Assembly: GCA_964594965.1 (NCBI GenBank)
Contig: CAZQMX010000002.1
Span: 44,306-108,305, forward strand
Direction of reading: 5' to 3'
From: an uncultured Candidatus Saccharibacteria bacterium
GTDB lineage: Bacteria > Patescibacteriota > Minisyncoccia > Portnoybacterales > UBA2143
Length of the DNA stretch: 64,000 nucleotides
Below, in pieces: positions 9,347 to 16,793 of this stretch. Below the pieces are notes generated by a model. That model saw only the letters and a list, made by a program, of their open reading frames with translations. It was not told where the DNA came from and did not search any database. Made by a program: the position numbers and the translations under genes. Position 1 is the first letter of the stretch. The number at the start of each line of letters is the position of its first letter.

Positions 9347-9467
9347 CCTACCCAGGAGCGTTAGAAACAAGTTCGCAAAAGCGAGTCATCTCTAATCTTT
9401 CAGCCGCTTGAACTAGGAGGGATTGTTCAAGTAATGGCTACTCCGCGGGCAGGCTGGTAGAGACTAG
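9333..9467. other. 135 bp structured element bounded by CTAG (candidate ncRNA or MITE)
   Basis: 21 bp imperfect terminal stem and internal CTTGAAC/GTTCAAG hairpin; minus-strand promoter just upstream. Confidence 0.55.
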
Positions 9468-9484
9468 TTTGCCTATAAGAGGTC

Positions 9485-9513
9485 ATACTATAAAAAATGG
9501 AAGGAATTGTCAA
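9485..9513 (-). promoter_or_regulatory. Putative sigma70 promoter facing the 9333-9467 element
   Basis: TTGACA (9513-9508), 17 nt spacer, TAGTAT (9490-9485). Confidence 0.5.
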
Positions 9514-10381
9514 TAAAAAATATTTTAATGCCTTTAATTGTATTGATGGAATCGGTCCAATTGCTTTTAAGAAATTATTAGTTCATTTTAAATCTTTGAA
9601 AGATGCCTGGTCTGCTGATCTAATTGAATTCAGCCGAGCAGGCCTAAGCAGGTCAGTTATTGAACAAATTAAAAAACAGAGGCCAAAGATTAACCCTGAT
9701 TTGGAAATGGAAAAACTTTCAAGAGAAAATATTGACCTAATTACAGTTTTTGATAAAAATTATCCTCAATTGCTTAAAGAAATCTATGCTCCGCCGGCAA
9801 TGCTATACATTCGCGGCCAATTCAAACCAAAAGATAAATTCAGTTTAGGTATTGTCGGACCAAGAAAACTTTCTCCCTACGGAAAACAAATTACTCCCTT
9901 AATTACAGCTGAATTATCTCAATCAGGATTAACTATTGTCAGTGGTTTAGCCAAAGGAATTGACACCTTGGCTCATCAGGCAACAATAAAATCCAAAGGA
10001 AGAACAATTGCTGTTTTGGGCTCTGGTCTGGATAAAAGGAGCATCTATCCTTATCAGAACAAGCATCTGGCTGAAGAGGTCAGCCAGAACGGCGCTCTTA
10101 TCAGTGAGTACCCGATTGGTACCCGTCCTCTGGCTCAGAACTTTCCCCAGCGCAACAGAATTATTTCCGGCCTGAGCTTAGGAATTCTGGTTATTGAAGC
10201 TGGAGAAAAAAGCGGGTCTTTAATTACTGCCCGAGATGCTTTAGAACAAAATCGAGAGGTCTTTGCCATCCCTGGTTCGATTTTAAGCCAAAACTCGACA
10301 GGAAGTAATAATTTGATTAAAATGGGAGCAAAGCTGGTAAGCCAGGCTAATGATATTTTGGAAGAACTGAATTTGAGATAA
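9497..10381 (+). CDS. dprA: DNA-processing protein DprA
   Basis: IVSGLAKGID.LAH, FPQRNRIISGLS and SGSLITA motifs. Confidence 0.96.
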   Translation: MEGIVNKKYFNAFNCIDGIGPIAFKKLLVHFKSLKDAWSADLIEFSRAGLSRSVIEQIKKQRPKINPDLEMEKLSRENIDLITVFDKNYPQLLKEIYAPPAMLYIRGQFKPKDKFSLGIVGPRKLSPYGKQITPLITAELSQSGLTIVSGLAKGIDTLAHQATIKSKGRTIAVLGSGLDKRSIYPYQNKHLAEEVSQNGALISEYPIGTRPLAQNFPQRNRIISGLSLGILVIEAGEKSGSLITARDALEQNREVFAIPGSILSQNSTGSNNLIKMGAKLVSQANDILEELNLR

Positions 10382-10511
10382 TTATCAACTCTCAATAACC
10401 AATAACCAATCAACGATCAAGTATCAATGATCAATTCTTGAATTAATTAATTTAATTGAAAATTAAGAAATTGATAATTGTTTGATAATTGAAAATTGAT
10501 AATTGAAAATT
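10381..10511. repeat. Heptamer-repeat element, copy 2 (dprA/topA junction)
   Basis: AACCAAT then TTGAAAA/TTGATAA units; matches reverse complement of 984-1084. Confidence 0.75.
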
Positions 10512-10516
10512 AGCTT

Positions 10517-12586
10517 ATGCGTTTAGTCATAGTTGAATCCCCAACTAAATCAAAAACAATCTCTCGGTATCTAGGTAAAGACTATCGGGTGCTTTCTTCC
10601 TATGGGCATATTCGTGACTTGCCAATAAAAGGACTTGGCATTGATGTTAAAAAAGATTTTAAGCCGGAATATGTTGTTCCGGAAAAAGCTGAAAAAGTAG
10701 CCAAGGAACTTAAGGCTGCCGCTAAGAAAGCAAAGTTGGTTATTCTTGCTACGGACGGAGACAGAGAAGGAGAAGCCATTGCCTGGCATATTCTTCATAT
10801 TCTAAAATTATCTGATTCTTCTTATCAACGAATTGTCTTTCACGAAATAACCAAGAAAGCAATTGAAAAAGCACTTAAAAATCCTCATAAAATTAATCTG
10901 AAACTTGTTAACGCCCAGCAGGCTCGACGAATTCTGGACAGGTTAGTTGGATACAAGCTTTCGCCTTTCCTTTGGAAAAAGGTTGTCCGGGGACTCTCAG
11001 CCGGCCGGGTTCAATCAGTCACCGTCCGACTAATTGTTGACCGGGAAAGAGAAATCAAGGCCTTTAAACCGGATGAGTACTGGTCTATTGAGGCCAAGTT
11101 AAAAAAACGGGAAGAAAAGGAAGAATTCATTGCTCATTTAATAAGGGAGAATAAGAAATCAATTTCTAAACTGGGAATAAAGAATAAGAAAGAAGCTGAT
11201 GGGATATTAAAGAATTTAAAAGATGCCCAATACCAGGTTTCCAGGATTGAAAGCAAAGAAGCTCAAAGGCATCCTGGTCCTCCTTTTACAACCAGCACCC
11301 TTCAACAGGAAGCCGCCCGTAAACTAGGATTTTCATCCCAGCAAACAATGCGGATCGCCCAGCAACTTTATGAAGGAGTAGGGCTAAGCAAAGGGTCAAC
11401 TGGATTAATTACTTATCATCGAACTGATTCTCTCAATATTTCCGGCGAAGCATTAAGAAAAGCCCAAGAATTTATTCAGGAAAAATTCGGCTCTAAATAT
11501 TCTCTAACTGCCCCGAGGGTCTTTAAAACTAAATCTAAAGGCGCTCAGGAGGCCCACGAGGCCATCCGACCAACCAGGCCGGGCCGGGAACCGGGAAAGA
11601 TCAAACAACGCCTGGATAAAAGACAACTTAGACTTTATGACCTAATCTGGAAAAGATTTATTGCCTCTCAAATGACACCTGCTATTTTGGATTCAACTTC
11701 AGTTGATATTCAGGCCAAGGGAGCATCGAATAAATCATATACTTTCCGAGCAACCGGTTCTGTCATTAAATTCGACGGATTTTTGAAGGTTTATCCAGGG
11801 AAAATGAAAGAAAACATTCTGCCAAAATTAACCAAGGAAGAAATTATGAAATTAATCAAACTATTCTCCGAACAGCACTTTACCAAACCCCCGGCCCGAT
11901 ATACGGAAGCTTCCTTGATTAAAATTCTGGAAGAATACGGCATTGGCCGTCCTTCAACCTATGCTCCAACTATTAATACTATCCAAAAACGCGGCTATAC
12001 AGAAAAAGATGAACAAAAAAGATTTGTTCCAACAGAAATTGGTTTAATTGTCACAGACATTCTTAAAGAAAATTTCTCTCAAATTGTTGATGTTAAATTT
12101 ACCGCTAAGATAGAAGAAGACCTTGATGAAATTGCTCGAGGAAAACAGGACTGGGTCAAAACCCTGAAAGAATTCTACGAGCCTTTCATTAAAAATCTGG
12201 AGAAGAAATATGATGAAGTCAAAAAGATAAAATTTGAGGAAAAGACCGATAAAAAATGTCCCAAATGCAGTAAGCCAATGGTAATTAAAATGGGACGATT
12301 TGGAAAGTTCTATTCTTGTTCTACCTTCCCGAAATGCAAGCATGCTGAACCAATTATTAATTCAACTGGTGTTAAATGTCCCGAATGCCAAAAAGGTGAA
12401 ATTGTTGAAAGGAAAACAAGAAAAGGAAAAACCTTTTATTCCTGTTCCAAATACCCTAAATGTAAATATGCTCTTTGGGACAAGCCGATTGATGAAAAAT
12501 GCCCGAAATGTAAATCACTTCTGGTAGAAAAGGGTAAAAAGATTAAATGCAGTAATAAGGAATGCGGATATGTAAAGGAAATGTAA
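10517..12586 (+). CDS. topA: DNA topoisomerase I
   Basis: VESPTK, ATDGDREGE, SAGRVQS and ITYHRTDS motifs; C-terminal Zn ribbons. Confidence 0.97.
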   Translation: MRLVIVESPTKSKTISRYLGKDYRVLSSYGHIRDLPIKGLGIDVKKDFKPEYVVPEKAEKVAKELKAAAKKAKLVILATDGDREGEAIAWHILHILKLSDSSYQRIVFHEITKKAIEKALKNPHKINLKLVNAQQARRILDRLVGYKLSPFLWKKVVRGLSAGRVQSVTVRLIVDREREIKAFKPDEYWSIEAKLKKREEKEEFIAHLIRENKKSISKLGIKNKKEADGILKNLKDAQYQVSRIESKEAQRHPGPPFTTSTLQQEAARKLGFSSQQTMRIAQQLYEGVGLSKGSTGLITYHRTDSLNISGEALRKAQEFIQEKFGSKYSLTAPRVFKTKSKGAQEAHEAIRPTRPGREPGKIKQRLDKRQLRLYDLIWKRFIASQMTPAILDSTSVDIQAKGASNKSYTFRATGSVIKFDGFLKVYPGKMKENILPKLTKEEIMKLIKLFSEQHFTKPPARYTEASLIKILEEYGIGRPSTYAPTINTIQKRGYTEKDEQKRFVPTEIGLIVTDILKENFSQIVDVKFTAKIEEDLDEIARGKQDWVKTLKEFYEPFIKNLEKKYDEVKKIKFEEKTDKKCPKCSKPMVIKMGRFGKFYSCSTFPKCKHAEPIINSTGVKCPECQKGEIVERKTRKGKTFYSCSKYPKCKYALWDKPIDEKCPKCKSLLVEKGKKIKCSNKECGYVKEM

Positions 12587-12615
12587 AAGCCGCCTCCAGC
12601 AGGGACGGCTTTTTT
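12586..12615 (+). terminator. Intrinsic terminator after topA
   Basis: AAAAGCCG...CGGCTTTTTT. Confidence 0.7.
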
Positions 12616-12631
12616 AGTAAAAAAACGACTC

Positions 12632-12660
12632 TTGTCAAATGAGAAATCTTATTGTATAAT
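12632..12660 (+). promoter_or_regulatory. sigma70 promoter of the RelA/SpoT gene
   Basis: TTGTCA-N17-TATAAT, 10 nt before ATG 12671. Confidence 0.65.
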
Positions 12661-12670
12661 CAGAATTACT

Positions 12671-14155
12671 ATGGTCACTATTGAAAAAATTGTTGACGAG
12701 TTCAAAAAGAATCATCCCTTGGCCAGCGCCAAGGTTATTGAAAGGGCTTGTGAGTTCGCTGAAAAACATCATCGGGGACACAAGAGAGCGTCTGGCGAAC
12801 CATATTTTAATCACTGTCTTAGCACAGCTTTGACTTTAGCAGAGTTAAAGTTGGACGCTAAAACAATTGCCGCTGGCCTACTTCATGATGTTCTAGATGA
12901 TACTAGGGCAACTCCCGGTCAAGTAAAGAAGAATTTCGGGGAGAATATTTTAAATCTTGTTAAGGGCGTCTGTAAAATGGGAAAGATTAAATATCGGGGC
13001 AAAGAGAGAATGGTTGAAAACTTAAGAAGATTGTTTTTAGCCATGGCTAAAGATATCCGGGTAATTCTGATTAAACTGGCTGACCGGCTTCATAATATGA
13101 AAACCCTTGATGCCTTACCAGAAGAAAAGCAAAAGAGAATTGCCTTGGAAACCCTAGAAATCTACGCTCCTTTAGCTGATCGGCTTGGTATTAATGAATT
13201 AAAAGGAGACCTGGAAGACCTGGCTTTTAAATATGTTTATCCTGAAGAATACCAGGAAATAGTTAGCCAGGTTGAAGATAAATACATCCAGGGAAAAAAG
13301 TATCTTCAAAAGATTATTCCGATTATCAAAAAAACTTTGGCCAAAAAAGATGTCCGGGTAATAGAAATCCATGCCCGGACCAAACATCACTATAGATTAT
13401 ACCGGAAACTTCTCCGTCATGATATGGATTGGCATAAGGTTTATGACCTGGTTGCCTTGCGAATTATCGTTCCGGATATTGAAAACTGCTACGCTGCTTT
13501 AGGAATAATTCATAAAAAATGGAAGCCGCTTATTGGCCGAATTAAAGATTACATTGCCATACCCAAACCCAATGGCTATCAATCGCTTCACACAACCGTT
13601 TTTTGCCAAGGAGGAAAGATTACTGAATTCCAGATCAGAACTCCTCAAATGCATCAGGAGTCAGAATATGGTATTGCTGCCCATTGGTATTACAGCGAAG
13701 AAAAAGGCCTTAAATCATATATTAAAAAGAAAATTTTAAGACGGGAACCAAAAAGAGAATTCAAAGAAGAAGAACTAGGCTGGGTCAAACAACTTCAGGA
13801 ATGGCAAAAAGAAAAATTCTCCTCGCCGGAAGAATTTATTGATTCTTTGAAAATTGATTTTCTTAAGGACCGGATTTTTGTCTTTACTCCCAAGGGTGAT
13901 GTTATCGACCTGCCCGAAGGGGCAACTCCAATTGATTTTGCTTATCAGATTCACAGCGATATTGGCCACCAGTGCACCGGCGCAAAGATTGACGGAAAAT
14001 TAAGTTCTTTATCTCGACCGCTCCAAAATGGGGAGATGATTGAAATTATTACCCAAAAAAACAAAAAGCCAAACAGGGATTGGCTTAAGTTTGTTAAAAC
14101 CAGCGAAGCCAGAAAAAGAATTAAAAACTGGTATCGAAAAGAGGAAAATCCTTAA
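12671..14155 (+). CDS. RelA/SpoT family (p)ppGpp synthetase/hydrolase (HD + synthetase + TGS, no ACT)
   Basis: R.SGEPY, LLHDV, KLADRLHNM, NGYQSLHT and DFAYQIHS motifs. Confidence 0.95.
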   Translation: MVTIEKIVDEFKKNHPLASAKVIERACEFAEKHHRGHKRASGEPYFNHCLSTALTLAELKLDAKTIAAGLLHDVLDDTRATPGQVKKNFGENILNLVKGVCKMGKIKYRGKERMVENLRRLFLAMAKDIRVILIKLADRLHNMKTLDALPEEKQKRIALETLEIYAPLADRLGINELKGDLEDLAFKYVYPEEYQEIVSQVEDKYIQGKKYLQKIIPIIKKTLAKKDVRVIEIHARTKHHYRLYRKLLRHDMDWHKVYDLVALRIIVPDIENCYAALGIIHKKWKPLIGRIKDYIAIPKPNGYQSLHTTVFCQGGKITEFQIRTPQMHQESEYGIAAHWYYSEEKGLKSYIKKKILRREPKREFKEEELGWVKQLQEWQKEKFSSPEEFIDSLKIDFLKDRIFVFTPKGDVIDLPEGATPIDFAYQIHSDIGHQCTGAKIDGKLSSLSRPLQNGEMIEIITQKNKKPNRDWLKFVKTSEARKRIKNWYRKEENP

Positions 14156-15060
14156 GCTTTGGAAAGTAAATTAACCAATTGGTCTAATTCTCCCTGGTTG
14201 TTAAATTCAACCCTAACATGACCAAGATCGCCTCTCTGGGTAATACTGACCCGGCGACCAAGGGCTTGTTGAAGCTCGCTTTCTAATTTCTTGAAAAGCG
14301 GGTTTTTTGGTCCAAAAGATTTTGCTTTTTCCGGCGCTGCCATTTTCCTGGCTTTTTCTTCTGCCTGGCGAACACTTAAATTCTTTCTAATAATTTCTCT
14401 GAAAATAGGGAGGCGGACTTCTTGCTTGGCTAACAAAAGGGCGCGGCCGTGTCCCTCGCTAATTTTATTACTCCTGATTGAATTTTGAACTTCCGAAGGT
14501 AGAGTTAAAATCCTCATGGCATTACTCACCGTTGATCGGTCCTTGCCTATTTTCTCGGCAATTTCATGGTGTTTCAAACCAAAATCATCCTGAAGTCTCT
14601 TAAAAGCCAAAGCTGCTTCAATGGCATTAAGGTTTTCTCTCTGAATATTTTCAACTAAAGCAATCTGCAATCTTTCGTTAGCCCGGCTGTCTTTGATAAT
14701 GACCGGGACGCTTGGCAGTCCGGCTAATTTAGCTGCCCGCCATCTTCTTTCTCCGGCAATCAATTCATATTCAACCTGGCGACCCCGTTCGGTCGCTTTT
14801 TCCAGTTTAGAAACAATTAATGGCTGTAAAATCCCATGTTCCCTGATTGAATCAGCCAATTCGGTTAAGCCTCCTCTTGATAAATCTTTTCTGGGTTGTT
14901 CGGAATTCGGCCTGATTTTATCAACTTCAATATTAAAAATACTCTCCTTTTTGGGCAGACTTGAATCAGGTTTTTCTTTTTGTCCCTTAACTAAATCTCT
15001 TAGCTTTGATTCCCTTTTAGGAATAAGCGATTGAAGTCCTCTACCTAATGATGTTGCCAT
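14152..15060 (-). CDS. parB: Chromosome partitioning protein ParB
   Basis: LGRGL.SLI, AGERRWRAA and ENIQRENL motifs. Start at ATG 15060; the ORF-track extension is repeat DNA. Confidence 0.95.
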   Translation of the reverse strand: MATSLGRGLQSLIPKRESKLRDLVKGQKEKPDSSLPKKESIFNIEVDKIRPNSEQPRKDLSRGGLTELADSIREHGILQPLIVSKLEKATERGRQVEYELIAGERRWRAAKLAGLPSVPVIIKDSRANERLQIALVENIQRENLNAIEAALAFKRLQDDFGLKHHEIAEKIGKDRSTVSNAMRILTLPSEVQNSIRSNKISEGHGRALLLAKQEVRLPIFREIIRKNLSVRQAEEKARKMAAPEKAKSFGPKNPLFKKLESELQQALGRRVSITQRGDLGHVRVEFNNQGELDQLVNLLSKA

Positions 15061-15132
15061 AAAACATAAAACATGGAACATGAAGCATGGAACAATTTAT
15101 ATGTTTCAAGTTTCAAGTTTCAAGTTTCAAGA
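15061..15132. repeat. Heptamer-repeat tract (AAAACAT / AGTTTCA) between parA and parB
   Basis: Five RRAACAT-type units then four GTTTCAA units; related tract at 40755-40792. Confidence 0.75.
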
Positions 15133-15897
15133 TTATCTGTCTAATTCTATTATCTCCTGGGCCAGTAGGCGATAAGCCTTGGCGCCTTTTGAATGAGGGT
15201 TGTATTGAATAATTGGCTGGCCAAAACTGGGTGCTTCAGCCAATTTAATACAACGAGGAACAATTGATTCAAAAACATAGCCGGAAAAATTCCTTTCCAT
15301 TTCTTTTCTGACCTGACGGGATAATCTATTCCGACGGTCATACATGGTTAAAAGAGCTCCTTTAATTTTTGTTGGACTCTCTAAGTTCTCTTCAATCAGT
15401 TCAACTGTTCTTAAAAGCTGGCCTAATCCTTCCAGGGCGTAATACTCGCACTGAACCGGAATAATGACCTCGTCGGCCGCAACCAGGCCATTAATTGTTA
15501 AAAGACCTAGGCTTGGCGGGCAATCAATTAAGATGTAATCATAGTTGGTCCTGACCTGACGAAGTAGTTCATGGAGTCGGTATTCACGATTAGGCATATT
15601 AACCAATTCAATTGTTGCTCCGGCTAAATCAGAAGATGAAGGAATAATATCATAACCAAAAAGACCGGTTTTTTTAATAATTTCTTCAGGCAAAAGACCG
15701 CCGATTAAAGAATGGTAAAGATTAAGAGGAACTGTTCGGGGATTAATCCCAAGACCTGATGTTGCATTAGCTTGGGGATCAATATCAACCAAAAGAACAT
15801 ACTTGCCTAAAGCAGCTAAATAGGAGCCTAAATTTATTCCAGTCGTTGTTTTGGAAACCCCGCCCTTCTGATTAACCAAACTAATTACCCTTGCCAT
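15133..15897 (-). CDS. parA: Chromosome partitioning ATPase ParA/Soj
   Basis: NQKGGVSKTT, DIDPQANAT, DCPPSLG and LAEAPSFG motifs. Confidence 0.96.
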   Translation of the reverse strand: MARVISLVNQKGGVSKTTTGINLGSYLAALGKYVLLVDIDPQANATSGLGINPRTVPLNLYHSLIGGLLPEEIIKKTGLFGYDIIPSSSDLAGATIELVNMPNREYRLHELLRQVRTNYDYILIDCPPSLGLLTINGLVAADEVIIPVQCEYYALEGLGQLLRTVELIEENLESPTKIKGALLTMYDRRNRLSRQVRKEMERNFSGYVFESIVPRCIKLAEAPSFGQPIIQYNPHSKGAKAYRLLAQEIIELDR

Positions 15898-15962
15898 ATT
15901 CCTATTATACTTCAATACTAAAAAATTGACAACAAGGGGTTTTTAAGAGAGAATGAAAATAT

Positions 15963-16046
15963 GGGGATGTGCTGGAACTGGTAGACAGTGCGGTCTCAAA
16001 CACCGCTGGACGCAAGTCCGTGTGGGTTCGACTCCCACCATCCCCA
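15963..16046 (+). tRNA. tRNA-Leu(CAA), CCA not encoded
   Basis: Acceptor GGGGATG/CATCCCC, anticodon arm GCGGT-CTCAAAC-ACCGC, long variable arm, GGTTCGACTCC; upstream TTGACA at 15926. Confidence 0.95.
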
Positions 16047-16052
16047 CTAATA

Positions 16053-16116
16053 GGGTTCGCCCCGTCATTCGACGGGGCGCCACATCGGATGATGTGGCGA
16101 CTCCCACCCCAGGCAC
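16053..16116 (+). pseudogene. tRNA 3'-end remnant interrupted by two 18 bp hairpins
   Basis: GGGTTCG-[40 bp]-ACTCCCACCCCAGGCAC. Confidence 0.6.
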
Positions 16117-16119
16117 ATT

Positions 16120-16147
16120 AAAATACCCTGCTTGAGCAGGGTATTTT
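16120..16147. terminator. Bidirectional terminator between tRNA-Leu and tsaC
   Basis: AAAATACCCTGCT-TG-AGCAGGGTATTTT perfect IR. Confidence 0.8.
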
Positions 16148-16793
16148 ACTTAAATAGCTTCATTAAATCTTTTTTTGTTATTGGACCGACCCGGGTAATC
16201 CTTGGCTGGGAACGGGTTAAGTCCAAAACACTTGAGGGCGGGCTTTCTGGTAAATCACCGGCGTCAAGAATTAAAGTCGGCCGGGGATAGGCCCTTTCAA
16301 AAGTTTTAATCACCTCTTGGGATGAGATTAAAGGCGGATCGCCGGAAAGATTAGCTGAGGTGCAGGTGACAGGAAAATCAAGATTTTCCATTAAATATCT
16401 TGTGAAAGGATGTTCCGGGATTCTCATGCCAATACTTCTTTTACCGGCGGTTAAAATCTCTGAAAGAGCATCTCTTCTTTCCAGGACTGCTGTTACCTGT
16501 CCTGGCCAGATTGATTTCAATATTTTCTCTCTTTCAGGATTAACATAGGCTAGTTTCTTGGCCATTTCAATATCTTTGACCATAATTGGAACTGGTTTTG
16601 TTTCCGGCCTTTTTTTCATTTTAAAAAGCCGCTTGACACTATGAATATCAAGGGCATTAACTCCTAATCCGTAAACAGTATCTGTTGGAAAAATGATGCT
16701 GTTTCCTTGTTTCAGGGTATCAATTGCTTCCTGAATGACTCTCTCATCAATATCATTCCAATCACCGGTTAAATTGAATTTAATTATTTCCAT
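16146..16793 (-). CDS. tsaC: L-threonylcarbamoyladenylate synthase (TsaC/Sua5)
   Basis: FPTDTVYGLG, K.RP..KP and TSANLSG motifs. Confidence 0.93.
   Translation of the reverse strand: MEIIKFNLTGDWNDIDERVIQEAIDTLKQGNSIIFPTDTVYGLGVNALDIHSVKRLFKMKKRPETKPVPIMVKDIEMAKKLAYVNPEREKILKSIWPGQVTAVLERRDALSEILTAGKRSIGMRIPEHPFTRYLMENLDFPVTCTSANLSGDPPLISSQEVIKTFERAYPRPTLILDAGDLPESPPSSVLDLTRSQPRITRVGPITKKDLMKLFK

Noticed and set aside
15953-16135. 60-aa ORF
   Set aside because: Overlies tRNA-Leu and the hairpin relic.
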